Positions 9,688-19,831 of a stretch of 64,000 nucleotides of DNA are shown one piece after another. This stretch comes from Thermoprotei archaeon (lineage in GTDB: Archaea; Thermoproteota; Thermoprotei; Thermoproteales; B15-G16), in contig QMRC01000002.1 of the NCBI GenBank assembly GCA_003649205.1, positions 192,001-256,000 on the forward strand. The letters run 5' to 3'. The notes under the pieces were generated by a model. That model had not been told where the DNA came from. It ran no database searches and saw nothing but the letters and a program-made list of their open reading frames with translations. Made by a program: the position numbers and the translations under genes. The first letter of the stretch is position 1. Every line of letters begins with the position of its first letter.

Positions 9688-12563
9688 GTACCGACAACGT
9701 ATTCTCACTCCTTCACCCGAGAATACAGGAAGCTATTAGGAAGAGAGGATTTGAGAAACCAACTGAACCACAGAAAGCCGCTATACCGCTGATACTTAAG
9801 GGCCATAATGTACTGATAATAGCACCAACAGGTACAGGTAAGACTGAAGCAGCAATACTACCAATATTCCACCTACTTCTAACTAATGAGGAGGTACGTA
9901 ATGAACGTGGCATTAAGATCCTCTACATAACTCCACTGAGAGCGCTAAACCGTGATCTCCTCCATAGGTTAATATGGTGGGGCTCTGAGCTAGGTATTAG
10001 AATTGGTGTAAGGCATGGGGATACTGATCAGAGTGAAAGAGCGAAGCAAGCTAGGGATCCACCTGACATGATGATTACGACGCCAGAGACCTTTCAAGCA
10101 ATGTTGTCAGGTAGAGTATTGAGAAGTCATCTCTCTAAGGTTCGTTGGGTTGTAATTGATGAGGTTCACGAAATTGCTGAGGATAAGCGAGGATCACAGT
10201 TGGTATTAGGTCTCGAGAGACTTAGGTTCATTTGTGGTAGAGACTTCCAGGTTATAGGTCTATCAGCTAGTGTAGGCTCACCTGAAGAGGTTGCTAAGTT
10301 CATAGTGGGTACAGATAGGGAGTGTCTAGTGGTTAAGGTCAAAGCCCTTAGGCATGTTGTACTGAAGGTTGTCTGTCCTAAGCCTGGTCCTGAAGATAAT
10401 CACCTAGCTGAGAAGCTGTACACTCACCCGGAGGTAGCTGCTAGGCTCAGATTGATGTATGATCTAGTTAAGGAGCATAGATCAACTCTCATATTTGTCA
10501 ACACTAGGAGCATAGCAGAGGTCCTTGGTTCTCGCTTCAATGTGTGGAGCATAGATCTACCAATAATGGTTCACCATGGATCTCTGTCTAAACCTTCGAG
10601 GATAGTAGCTGAGACAGGTCTTAGAGAGGGTAAGCTGAAGGCTCTTGTCTGTACCTCTAGTCTTGAGCTTGGTATTGACATTGGTCACGTAGATCTAGTC
10701 ATTCAGTACATGAGCCCAAGACAAGTAACGAGATTAGTACAACGAGTTGGGAGGAGTGGTCACTGGGTAGGTGGTGTTGCTAAGGGTGTTATTGTGACTG
10801 ACGACCCTAATGATACGCTTGAGGCTCTTGTCATATGTAGGAAGGCTGTAGCTGAGGAACTCGAACCAATTAAGATACCTAGCAAGCCTCTAGATGTGTT
10901 GTGTCACCAGATTGTTGGTTTCCTACAGATTAGGTCTAGGTGGAAGCTTAGTGAGTTGCTTGAGATCATTAGGAGAGCTTACCCGTACAGGGACTTGACA
11001 ATTGATGAGTTAAGAGCTGTGGTTAGGTACATGCATGAGAGGTACCCGAGGTTAGTTTGGTACAGTGAAGAGGATGATGTGATTGTTAAGCCAAAGAATA
11101 CACGTGGTATGTACGAGTACTTCTTCACAGAGCTCTCAATGATACCGGATGAGAAGCAGTATCTTGTAGTTGATGAGTCTACTGGTACTCCTGTCGGTAT
11201 TTTGGATGAGTCGTTCGTTGCTGAGTACGGTGAACCTGGTATCAAGTTCATCTTTAGAGGGAATGTGTGGATTTTGAGATCGATAGTGGGTGATAGGATC
11301 TACGTTGTACCTGCTAGGGACCCTACTGGAGCAATTCCCTCATGGGTTGGTGAGGAGATTCCAGTACCCTTTGAAGTTGCTCAGGAAGTTGGTAGGATAA
11401 GAGCTTTTGTGTACAGTGAGCTTAAGAGAGGTAAGTCACTACAGGATGTCATTAAGGAGCTACTCAATCAGTACCCGTACACCGATGAGAGTACATTAGC
11501 GGAGGCGCTTAAGCCTGTTGAGGAGAATTTCAGATTGGGGTATCCTGTCCCAACAGATAGAGACATTGTTGTGGAGTGTCTCGGTAACACAGTCATAGTA
11601 CATGCTCACTTCGGTACGCTTGTCAATAGGACTTTAGCTAGGTTAATAGCGCACGTACTGACAGAGGTACTCGGTCATGGTGTTGGTGTTCAGCAAGATC
11701 CGTACACCATCGTTATCTACTCATCGAGTACTCTAGGTAAGAGGAATATTGAGAAGGCAATAGAGGAGCTCCTGAAGTATGATATTGATGAGCTTCTAAC
11801 GAGAATTGCTAAGAGAACCGGTCTATTTAAGCGAAGGTTAATTCATGTAGCTAGGAGATTTGGTGCTCTTCCTAAGGGTGTTGACTCAAGTAGTATAAGC
11901 TTGAGGAAGTTAGTTGAGATGTTTGAGGGCACTCCAATAATGGCTGAAGCACTTAAGGAGTTCAAGCTCAAGGACGTTGATGTCGTGAAGACGAGAGAAG
12001 TTCTCGAAGATATTAGGTATGGTTACTACAGGATAACTATCCTAGAGCTTCCAGAACCTTCTCCTCTCGGTAAGCTTGCTCTTGAGAAACTCTCTAAGAA
12101 ACTTGAGCTAATACCACCAGAACGTTTAGAGAAGTTAATTATTGAGTCTACAAGAGCTAGATTATTGAACGAGGTCAAGGTCTTGGTCTGTACTTCGTGT
12201 TGGAAGTGGTATACTGTTACGAAGGTGAAGGAGATACCTGATGTAGTATCTTGTCCTCTCTGTGGTTCTAGGAGAATAGGTGTATGTGATTTAGAGGAGG
12301 ATAGGGTCAAGTCTCTATTAAGTAAGGTACGGTCTCGTGCTAGGTTGAGAGATGAGGAGCAAAGAATTGTTGAGAGATTAGTTAAGTCATCTGAATTAGT
12401 TGAGCTGTATGGTAAGTCTGCTATTGTTGCTCTCTCTGCAAGAGGTTTGAGTATTAATGATTGTAGAGAAGTTCTGTCACTTATTCCTGATTACAGAAGT
12501 ATTGACTTCATAAAGCTGGTCATTAGTAAGGAGAAGGAAGTACTGAAGAGGAGGTTCATATAG
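9684..12563 (+). CDS. lhr: Lhr-family DEAD/H helicase, paralog 1
   Basis: APTGTGKTE, PLRALN, DEVHE, HHGSLS, QRVGRSGH and a C-terminal CxxC..CxxC. Confidence 0.92.
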   Translation: MSTDNVFSLLHPRIQEAIRKRGFEKPTEPQKAAIPLILKGHNVLIIAPTGTGKTEAAILPIFHLLLTNEEVRNERGIKILYITPLRALNRDLLHRLIWWGSELGIRIGVRHGDTDQSERAKQARDPPDMMITTPETFQAMLSGRVLRSHLSKVRWVVIDEVHEIAEDKRGSQLVLGLERLRFICGRDFQVIGLSASVGSPEEVAKFIVGTDRECLVVKVKALRHVVLKVVCPKPGPEDNHLAEKLYTHPEVAARLRLMYDLVKEHRSTLIFVNTRSIAEVLGSRFNVWSIDLPIMVHHGSLSKPSRIVAETGLREGKLKALVCTSSLELGIDIGHVDLVIQYMSPRQVTRLVQRVGRSGHWVGGVAKGVIVTDDPNDTLEALVICRKAVAEELEPIKIPSKPLDVLCHQIVGFLQIRSRWKLSELLEIIRRAYPYRDLTIDELRAVVRYMHERYPRLVWYSEEDDVIVKPKNTRGMYEYFFTELSMIPDEKQYLVVDESTGTPVGILDESFVAEYGEPGIKFIFRGNVWILRSIVGDRIYVVPARDPTGAIPSWVGEEIPVPFEVAQEVGRIRAFVYSELKRGKSLQDVIKELLNQYPYTDESTLAEALKPVEENFRLGYPVPTDRDIVVECLGNTVIVHAHFGTLVNRTLARLIAHVLTEVLGHGVGVQQDPYTIVIYSSSTLGKRNIEKAIEELLKYDIDELLTRIAKRTGLFKRRLIHVARRFGALPKGVDSSSISLRKLVEMFEGTPIMAEALKEFKLKDVDVVKTREVLEDIRYGYYRITILELPEPSPLGKLALEKLSKKLELIPPERLEKLIIESTRARLLNEVKVLVCTSCWKWYTVTKVKEIPDVVSCPLCGSRRIGVCDLEEDRVKSLLSKVRSRARLRDEEQRIVERLVKSSELVELYGKSAIVALSARGLSINDCREVLSLIPDYRSIDFIKLVISKEKEVLKRRFI
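10650..10729 (+). repeat. 80-nt exact repeat, copy 1 (copy 2 at 44533-44612)
   Basis: Base-by-base comparison shows identity; flanking bases differ. Confidence 0.9.
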
Positions 12564-13036
12564 TGAAGTACCGCAAAGTATGTGTTGGTGGTACCTTTGA
12601 TGTGCTTCATAGAGGGCACATGAAGCTAATCGAGGAAGCATGTCAGGTAAGTGATCACCTAGTCATCTGTGTCACTACCTCGGAATTTGCTTCTAGGTTT
12701 AAGAGGAGAGTTGTTAGAGCTTTTGAAGATAGGATTAGAGATCTCCTCAATTTCCTCAAGGAGAATGGACTTGTCAATAAGGTATCCATATTACCTACTG
12801 AAGACATTTACGGAGCTACACTGATTGACCCAGAGATTGAGGCTATTGTTGTAACTGCTGAGTCCTTGAAGAGAGGTTTCGAGGTTAATCTTGAATGTTG
12901 GAGACGTGGTATGAGGTTACTCGACATAGTTGTTGTCCCGATGGTTAAAGCTGAAGACGGAAAGCCAATTTCAGCTTCTAGAATTCTAAAGGGAGAGATA
13001 GATAGAGAGGGTAGAATTGTGAAGTGTTTAAGGTAG
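12563..13036 (+). CDS. coaD: Archaeal phosphopantetheine adenylyltransferase
   Basis: VGGTFDVLHRGH and DGKPISASRI motifs. Confidence 0.9.
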   Translation: MKYRKVCVGGTFDVLHRGHMKLIEEACQVSDHLVICVTTSEFASRFKRRVVRAFEDRIRDLLNFLKENGLVNKVSILPTEDIYGATLIDPEIEAIVVTAESLKRGFEVNLECWRRGMRLLDIVVVPMVKAEDGKPISASRILKGEIDREGRIVKCLR

Positions 13037-14419
13037 TGTGAACTTCGTTTTAGCTACGTCCTTTGATATTCTCTCAGATGCCGTTTCCTCATAGATTCTC
13101 TTCATTATATTGACCTCGTGATCTGTCAAGAGCATCCCTCTACTTGCTTTCATCCTCCTCTGAATCTCGATTGCCTCATCTAGTGATAATTCGATGAGGG
13201 GTTTACCGTAGTCTCTAGCGTATATGGTGAAGGGAGGTACATCCTCGTAGACACTACCATATAGGTGTGCTGCAGGACCTATCTTCCTACCACAGTAAAT
13301 CGTGACATTGACTGCAGTCTTAACCCAGTCACCTATGAAAGCACCGATCTTGTTCACACCTGTATCTACACGAACCTTACCCACGTACATCTTGATAGCT
13401 CCATAGGTATTTTTTAGGTTAGAGACAACAGTTCCAGCACCAATGTTAACCCATTCACATACATAGGAGTCACCTAGGTAACCGTGATGCTTCTTATTGG
13501 TGAAACCTTGTACTACTACGTTCTTAAGCTCACCACCAACATATGAATAAGGCCCTATGTTAGTTCCATGCTCGAGATTTGTATTAGCACCAACTTTACT
13601 GAACCTACCGATGTACGTTGGTCCTTCGATATAGGTAAACGCATTCACTTCAGCACCCTCATCTATCAAGACAGGTCCTCTCCTCACATCGATCACTACA
13701 TCCTCATCAACTTGAGCACGTGGATGAAGAAGTACCTTCTCCCTATTACCCTTGACCTTACCTTCAAACCTACACCACTCAAGCTCACGTTTAAGTAGCT
13801 CTATGTCCTCAGCTAGGTACCTCTCATTCCACAGCAATATCTCCCACAGATTATTTAGGAATGTTAACTCTTCTTCCTCAAGGACCTCAACAGTTTGGGA
13901 TAAGAAGTCAAGTAGTTCTGGTGATATAGGTGCTTTTAAGAACTCAGCAGCTGTTATAGCTAATGATGGATGCAACTTGGCTACAGCTATGTAACCCCTA
14001 CTAACTACAACAATATTACCGGTACTAGCAATTACCTTCCTAATTACTTCGAGAGCCTTATTATCAACTACCAACCTACCATTTATGAGTAGAGTAGTTG
14101 GGTAATCTAGCTTCGATACATCATTTACACTAACGAAGTTGAAATTTAAGTAAATCCTGTAAAACCAATCAAAGTATGGTGCTAGGTAATCTCTCATGAA
14201 TAGCACAACGTATTCAGCACCTAGCTTAGCTGCTGCTCTAAACCATAGAGGAAATACACCAATACGAATCTCGTACGTTGGTCTAGCGTAGACGAGCGGG
14301 TACAACCTATATAGCTCAATGTCCTCGAAGAACGCAATACATATTCCGCTACCACGATTTTTCTCAATCAGCTCACAGTATATTGGGTACATGATCTCGA
14401 AGTACAGAACAGATCTCAA
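13028..14419 (-). CDS. GlmU-related sugar nucleotidyltransferase-like protein with left-handed beta-helix
   Basis: LYPLxxxRP N-terminus, hexapeptide repeats, HHGYLGDSYVCEWVNIGAGT. Confidence 0.8.
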   Translation of the reverse strand: MRSVLYFEIMYPIYCELIEKNRGSGICIAFFEDIELYRLYPLVYARPTYEIRIGVFPLWFRAAAKLGAEYVVLFMRDYLAPYFDWFYRIYLNFNFVSVNDVSKLDYPTTLLINGRLVVDNKALEVIRKVIASTGNIVVVSRGYIAVAKLHPSLAITAAEFLKAPISPELLDFLSQTVEVLEEEELTFLNNLWEILLWNERYLAEDIELLKRELEWCRFEGKVKGNREKVLLHPRAQVDEDVVIDVRRGPVLIDEGAEVNAFTYIEGPTYIGRFSKVGANTNLEHGTNIGPYSYVGGELKNVVVQGFTNKKHHGYLGDSYVCEWVNIGAGTVVSNLKNTYGAIKMYVGKVRVDTGVNKIGAFIGDWVKTAVNVTIYCGRKIGPAAHLYGSVYEDVPPFTIYARDYGKPLIELSLDEAIEIQRRMKASRGMLLTDHEVNIMKRIYEETASERISKDVAKTKFTLP

Positions 14420-14772
14420 TTAGATAAAAATCTACGCCATACATCTACATACGACATCAAAACGCTGCAGAACCTAGTAGACAACTTGATCACAAGTACT
14501 CTTCTACCTCTCTTCTCAACATCAATAAGACCACACATCTGTAACCTCCTCACAATATACAGTAAGTTACTTTTTGAGGTGCCAACTACAGTACATAACT
14601 CTCTAATACTCTCTGGTTTCACCTCAATGCAACCACTTGACTTAACTAGGAGAAGTAGCTTAACAGCAGCATCTACGAGAGATTTCCTGTTATAGAACAC
14701 TCTTGCCACTAACTCACTCAAGGTCATGCTCTTGAGTGGGTAGAGCCTAAGTGTTGCCCTCTCCCTAGCCAT
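14416..14772 (-). CDS. Winged-helix protein
   Basis: IRELCxxxGTSKSNLxxxxxRLxxxGLI helix-turn-helix pattern. Confidence 0.65.
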   Translation of the reverse strand: MARERATLRLYPLKSMTLSELVARVFYNRKSLVDAAVKLLLLVKSSGCIEVKPESIRELCTVVGTSKSNLLYIVRRLQMCGLIDVEKRGRRVLVIKLSTRFCSVLMSYVDVWRRFLSN

Positions 14773-14876
14773 GTAGTTACTAACGGGTTAATGCTAGTAG
14801 TATAGTCGTTAGAGTTAGTATGATAATTATGAGCAATGCTACAAGTAATCGTCTAATTCTGTACCTCCTATACCTC

Positions 14877-15317
14877 CTACCGTACAAGACCTAACACCTC
14901 GCCAACCTTAATACCATCGTAGAGGATACGTCTATGATCGAAAGCCAATTCCTTGGGTAGTGACCTAATGTCAAATACCTTGACCTCCTTAGTCTCATTA
15001 GATGTCCGTAGAGTACCACCAATAACAACACCGACGAAGGCAATAGATACTACGTGACCTCTTGGATCCCTAGTGGGTTCTGAGTACACACCGACAGTTC
15101 TCAACAACTTGACCCTTAAACCAGTTTCCTCATAAAACTCACGTACGGCAGCGTCTTCAACACGTTCACCATACTCAACAAAACCACCAGGTAAAGCCCA
15201 GTAACCACTGTACGGTTCACGTACTCTCTTGACCAACACCACCTTACCAATGCTGTAGAACCCAATAACGTCAACAGCTAGTGCAGGTCCTCTACCTGGA
15301 CTCAGAATCGTCATCAA
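14877..15317 (-). CDS. NUDIX hydrolase
   Basis: GGFVEYGERVEDAAVREFYEETG Nudix box; RDPRGH. Confidence 0.92.
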   Translation of the reverse strand: MMTILSPGRGPALAVDVIGFYSIGKVVLVKRVREPYSGYWALPGGFVEYGERVEDAAVREFYEETGLRVKLLRTVGVYSEPTRDPRGHVVSIAFVGVVIGGTLRTSNETKEVKVFDIRSLPKELAFDHRRILYDGIKVGEVLGLVR

Positions 15318-15382
15318 GAAGTAAAAATAGCTAGGAGTAGATAAGGATTGTCAAACTAAAAATGGAGGGTTCTAAGCTGAGA

Positions 15383-15610
15383 TTATCCAAGTAGTGGAAT
15401 CAATGCTTCTCTCCTACCGAGTCTCTCTTTCACCAATAGGTCTCTGATGGCTACTCTAATTGCTTCACTACGTGATGGGTACCTACCCTCCTCAACTAAC
15501 CTATCCAACTCCTTAAGCATTTGCTCAGGGATGTGGAATGTTATCAGTACCATAGGCTCCTTACGACTCTTAGCCCTAGGCATACTACCACCACGTAATT
15601 GTCTGACCAT
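15383..15610 (-). CDS. Ribbon-helix-helix regulator (CopG/CdrS-like)
   Basis: ITFHIPEQMLKELDRLVEEGRYPSRSEAIRVAIRDLL. Confidence 0.88.
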   Translation of the reverse strand: MVRQLRGGSMPRAKSRKEPMVLITFHIPEQMLKELDRLVEEGRYPSRSEAIRVAIRDLLVKERLGRREALIPLLG

Positions 15611-15871
15611 ATTGTTATACGAAATGACTTTAAAGGATTGGTATGGAGCATCTGTATTACGTAGTTACAATAAGTTCATCAAATTTACTTATCATCTCTT
15701 CACAGAGCTAGTTTTGGCACCGTTTTACACGCATTTTTGGAAATTGAGTTTTTAGATGTTGAAAAACCCATTTTAACTAGATATCACATGAGTACGTAGA
15801 CCCTATTCACACGCTACTTAACGCCAGTACGTAACTAATTATTAAGTGGACGCTTAGTTAAGTGATTTTGC

Positions 15872-15922
15872 TCAGCATAAAAGAACTTCTTCATAAGCAT
15901 CTGCAAGAGCCTGATTCATCAT
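15872..15922 (-). ncRNA. C/D-box sRNA
   Basis: ATGATGA-ATCAGGCTCTTG-CAGA-TGCTT-ATGAAGA-AGTTCTTTTATG-CTGA, just downstream of the histone gene. Confidence 0.85.
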
Positions 15923-15938
15923 CGCAGGGCACTTAATA

Positions 15939-16175
15939 CTACAGTGGAAGTGGTATGGCAAACCACCTGGCTAATCTCCTAGCAGCTAACTTCACGTCCT
16001 CAGCCATAACGGTTTTTCTACCGGCATGTCTAGCCAATTCAATAGCTTCTCTAGCGATCTCATACGCAATAGCTTCAAGAATGTCTCTGAGCACGTAAGT
16101 CGCTTCTTCACTAACCCTCTCAGCACCAGCTTTATGGAATATCCTATCAATTGGAGCTAGAGGGAGCTCAGGCAT
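15939..16175 (-). CDS. Archaeal histone (HMf family)
   Basis: ELPLAPIDRI..AGAERVS..ARHAGRKTVxAEDV. Confidence 0.95.
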   Translation of the reverse strand: MPELPLAPIDRIFHKAGAERVSEEATYVLRDILEAIAYEIAREAIELARHAGRKTVMAEDVKLAARRLARWFAIPLPL

Positions 16176-16300
16176 TTAATCACCGTACTAATCTCCGAAG
16201 TTACTGAATAAAAACTTAGTGACTTATGCCTCGAGATAATAGTGGAAAAATTCTCTTTTTCACTCTCTGTATTGTACTTGTGAGTACTTGTGATGAAGGG

Positions 16301-16349
16301 TCACAGGGTAGGGGCATCATCACCTATCTGTGGAGGACTTTTGCATCAT
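16301..16349 (-). ncRNA. C/D-box sRNA
   Basis: ATGATGC-AAAAGTCCTCCA-CAGA-TAG-GTGATGA-TGCCCCTACCCT-GTGA; two 12-nt guides and a GGG/CCC terminal stem. Confidence 0.75.
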
Positions 16350-16450
16350 CCCCACAACGTGACTAATATACCTCGACATATATACCTAGTGCTGTTCACT
16401 GCTGCTACTCCATGAAGAAAAGAATATAGTTAAACAACGACTTACATATG

Positions 16451-16524
16451 ATCGCCGCTCCAGCCCTCCACGAGAGCCCATGTCTGGGTTCGATGAGTGG
16501 AGGAAGCTTCACCCCTTAACACCT
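16451..16524 (+). ncRNA. H/ACA-like pseudouridylation guide candidate
   Basis: CCTCCAC/GTGGAGG stem, GAGA..CGATGA K-turn, GCCCA/TGGGT apical stem, ACA 15 nt after the stem. Confidence 0.6.
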
Positions 16525-16536
16525 GAATCTAGATAA

Positions 16537-18501
16537 GTGACTATGTCTAGGGAGAAATTGCCACATATAGCACTCCTAAGTAAGGTAGCGGTTGATCTGT
16601 TTTGGTGCCCGAATTGTAATGTGCCACTAATATCCATAGATAAGTGTTCTAGATGTGGTGAGAGGGGATTTCCCGTAAAGGCGACACCACCGAGAGATGT
16701 TAGACCTGCATTTGAGTTCGATGTACAGCAGCTACGTGGGTTAGCTTCTACTGAACTAGGTATTCCAGGTAAGTATGTGGATAAGTTAATTCCTAGCAAT
16801 CAGATTATTTTGCTTAATAAGGTTCCGTACCCTGATGTTGCTGATGAGGTTATTGTTGGTGGTAAGGTAGTTGCTCATAGGTTCTTTGATCCAGTTCTCT
16901 GGCGGTGGAGACTAAAGCCGGTGTACCATGGAGTAGCTGCTATGGTTAGGGAAAAGGTAGGGTATTACGCGATTGTTAATTTACCTAAGTTAACCCGTGG
17001 TTACGAAGTCCATAGAGATAAGATTGTTGAGTGCGAACTACCTCCTTACAGGGGTTCCTTTGTAGCTGTTGAGACTAGTGATGGTAGGTACCAAGCTGTT
17101 GCGATTAAGACTAGAGGACAAAGGATCAAGATAGTTAAGGTGTGGCCTAGTAAGGACTACTCCTCACCTGGTAAGTGCTCGAGTATAGATGTTGCTATTG
17201 AGGCTAATTACTCTCGATTGAGGAGACTAGAATCTAGGTCATGCATTTTCCTGCAGACACTCAAAGATAAGATGTGGGGTGATAGGCACTTCTTCATATC
17301 GTTTTCAGGTGGTAAGGACAGTTTAGTTGCTCTACATCTCGCTGTCAAGGTACTTGATCTCAGGGATGTAGTGTTTAATGATACAGGTCTTGAGTTACCT
17401 GAGACTCTAAGTAATGTAGATGAGGTGGCTAAGGCATATGGTCTAAGAGTATACCGTACTGAGATTGGTGATAAGTTCTGGAACTTAGTTTCTAGGTACG
17501 GCCCCCCAGCAAGAGATTATAGGTGGTGTTGTGAGGTTTGCAAGCTCGCTCCTCTGGTTGATTTGATTAAGAGGGTCTTCCCTGGTAAGAGATTGAGTAT
17601 TATTGGTCAGAGGAAGCTTGAGTCCTTTAAGAGAGCTTCGAGATCGAGATTGTCCAGGAGTTCCGTTATTCCTAAGACTCTTGTTGCTGCTCCGATACAT
17701 GACTGGTGTGCTCTCGATGTTTGGCTCTACATCTTTAGGGAGAAGCTCAATGTGAATAAGGTCTACTTCCATGGTATTGATCGTGTTGGTTGCTGGATGT
17801 GTCCTGCATGTGAGTTAGGTGAGTACGAGATTTTGAAGGAATTACACCCAGAGCTGTGGAGTAGATGGGAGGAGGTACTCTGTAGATTTGCAACATCAAG
17901 AGGCTACCCTGAGGAGTGGGTTAAGTATGGTCTATGGAGATGGAGAAGCTACCCTGGTGATATAAGGAGAGTACTTCAACTCTGTGATTTTGATGTGTCG
18001 AGAGCAAGTGAGGTAGATGTCGTTAGAGCTATGGTGGAGAGCCCACGAGTTATGCATAGTGGTGAAGTTCTCAGGATTGAGCTAGCTAGGTCGAGCAATG
18101 TGAGTAGTGAGCTAGTGTATGAGCTGCTGTATACTTTTAAGGATCTCGAAATTCTGTACAGGGGTGACAAAGTAGTGGTAAGGTACGGTAATTATAGTGC
18201 TTGTATTGAGGTGAGTAGTTGCTACCTGATTGAGATCAGAGGTGTTAGGGATTGGAGTAGTGATCTCGAGATCTTACTCAAGTACTTACTGTATCCTAAT
18301 CTTGTACCTCAGCTATGTACTGGGTGCTCTCTCTGTGTAAATCTGTGTGAAACCGGTGCACGCACTGTAGATACTCTTCATAGAGTAGTTCTTGAGAGAT
18401 GTAGTCGTTGTGGTTCATGTTCTCGTGTATGTCCTGTATTCAGGTATGTGACTAGTGACTTAGTTAGGTTTGTGAAGTTGAAGGTACTGGGTATTGTGTA
18501 G
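16537..18501 (+). CDS. PAPS-reductase family protein with PUA-like and 4Fe-4S domains
   Basis: SFSGGKDS, RWCCEVCK, RVGCWMCP and C-terminal CxxCxxCxxxC motifs. Confidence 0.88.
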   Translation: MTMSREKLPHIALLSKVAVDLFWCPNCNVPLISIDKCSRCGERGFPVKATPPRDVRPAFEFDVQQLRGLASTELGIPGKYVDKLIPSNQIILLNKVPYPDVADEVIVGGKVVAHRFFDPVLWRWRLKPVYHGVAAMVREKVGYYAIVNLPKLTRGYEVHRDKIVECELPPYRGSFVAVETSDGRYQAVAIKTRGQRIKIVKVWPSKDYSSPGKCSSIDVAIEANYSRLRRLESRSCIFLQTLKDKMWGDRHFFISFSGGKDSLVALHLAVKVLDLRDVVFNDTGLELPETLSNVDEVAKAYGLRVYRTEIGDKFWNLVSRYGPPARDYRWCCEVCKLAPLVDLIKRVFPGKRLSIIGQRKLESFKRASRSRLSRSSVIPKTLVAAPIHDWCALDVWLYIFREKLNVNKVYFHGIDRVGCWMCPACELGEYEILKELHPELWSRWEEVLCRFATSRGYPEEWVKYGLWRWRSYPGDIRRVLQLCDFDVSRASEVDVVRAMVESPRVMHSGEVLRIELARSSNVSSELVYELLYTFKDLEILYRGDKVVVRYGNYSACIEVSSCYLIEIRGVRDWSSDLEILLKYLLYPNLVPQLCTGCSLCVNLCETGARTVDTLHRVVLERCSRCGSCSRVCPVFRYVTSDLVRFVKLKVLGIV

Positions 18502-19120
18502 CGGGGGTTTCACCTTGCCGTATAGTGCCTGGGCTTTGAGTAAGAAGTACTTTACTAATAGGTTACGTAATGAGATGGAGCTAGGTCTAGTGGACCAAGA
18601 CATAGTGAATTTCCTTCTATACATCAATGAATTGGATGATTTCTACACCACATCTTCCTGTAGTGGTAGAATAGCTATTGGTACTGGAGAGACTTTGAGC
18701 AATAAGAGAGCATTTAAAATAGTTTACAAGTGGCATACTCCCATTAGTACACATGAGCTTGAGGAGGCTATTTCTGAATTAGAACCTCAAGGTGTTACTG
18801 CTTGGTTACTTGTTAGGCAGCCAATAATTCACATAGCTGTGAAGAGTATGGACTTAGCTCTCAAGGTACTTCACATAGCTAGAGAAGCTGGATTTGAGTG
18901 CTCAAATATATTGACCATTGATGAGTATAGAGTTGTTGTTGAGGTCGTATCCCAGGAGAGGTTTGATACTTTACTCATGAGAGGTGGTAAGTTGCTGTAC
19001 AGTAGACAGCAGCTTAATCACTTAGTGAACTTAGCTAATGCTGTTCTTGTACGTGGAAAGTCAAAGTTAAGTAGGTTCGAGCAGATGTTTAGGAAGGTAT
19101 TTAGGGGAGGTACCTGGTGA
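18494..19120 (+). CDS. taw3: tRNA wyosine-derivative methyltransferase (TYW3 family)
   Basis: VDQDI, YTTSSCSGRI, KWH and PIIH motifs. Confidence 0.9.
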   Translation: MCSGGFTLPYSAWALSKKYFTNRLRNEMELGLVDQDIVNFLLYINELDDFYTTSSCSGRIAIGTGETLSNKRAFKIVYKWHTPISTHELEEAISELEPQGVTAWLLVRQPIIHIAVKSMDLALKVLHIAREAGFECSNILTIDEYRVVVEVVSQERFDTLLMRGGKLLYSRQQLNHLVNLANAVLVRGKSKLSRFEQMFRKVFRGGTW

Positions 19121-19124
19121 TTTC

Positions 19125-19640
19125 ATGATAAAGAAGAGGCATGTACTGAGTAAGAGAGATACTAAGAGAGTTATCGACGTGTTGAGACTAGTCATGGATG
19201 TGAGTGAAGATCTAGTTGATTCAGTTATTGAGGTTGCTGAATTGAAGAGTGGTGACAAACTCTACATAGTTAATGGAAAGCCACTTCTCTATGAGATGAA
19301 GATTGAAGGTACCACATATGCTGTACCTACGCTATGGGCACTTGCTAAGTTAGGTGTACGCCATAAGTTACCGATAGTAGTTGTCGACATGGGGGCTGTA
19401 CCACACATATGTAATGGTGCTGACGTGATGAGACCTGGTATTAGAGATATAGTTGGTGAGTTCAAGCGTGGTGATTTGGTTGTAGTAGTTGATGAGAGGT
19501 ATGGTAAGCCAATAGCTGTATGTAGGTCACTGTTTGATGCCGATGAAATTAAGTCAATGAAGAGGGGTAAGGTATTACAGAACATACACTACGTTGGAGA
19601 TAAGTATTGGGAGGTGTGTAGTGAAGTAGGTAGAGGTTGA
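19125..19640 (+). CDS. PUA-domain RNA-binding protein (MCT-1/Tma20-like)
   Basis: VDMGAVPHICNGADVMRPGI and HYVGD motifs. Confidence 0.9.
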   Translation: MIKKRHVLSKRDTKRVIDVLRLVMDVSEDLVDSVIEVAELKSGDKLYIVNGKPLLYEMKIEGTTYAVPTLWALAKLGVRHKLPIVVVDMGAVPHICNGADVMRPGIRDIVGEFKRGDLVVVVDERYGKPIAVCRSLFDADEIKSMKRGKVLQNIHYVGDKYWEVCSEVGRG

Positions 19641-19651
19641 GGTAGAGATCA

Positions 19652-19831
19652 TTGAGCTGGATTGCAGGAGAACAGTTCTCGTGTCCTTACTGTGGCTCAA
19701 AGAACTTCAGAATAGTTAAGGTATTGTTTCAAAGCGATGAGAGTAGACTTTACGCATGTACCTGCAATGATTGCGGTAAGGTATTCTTACTCCATAGTGA
19801 TAGACATCGCTCAGCGGTCTCCAAGCTCTAG
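19652..19831 (+). CDS. 59-aa zinc-ribbon protein (absent from ORF track)
   Basis: TTG start after GAGGT; MSWIAGEQFSCPYCGSKNFRIVKVLFQSDESRLYACTCNDCGKVFLLHSDRHRSAVSKL. Confidence 0.75.
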   Translation: MSWIAGEQFSCPYCGSKNFRIVKVLFQSDESRLYACTCNDCGKVFLLHSDRHRSAVSKL

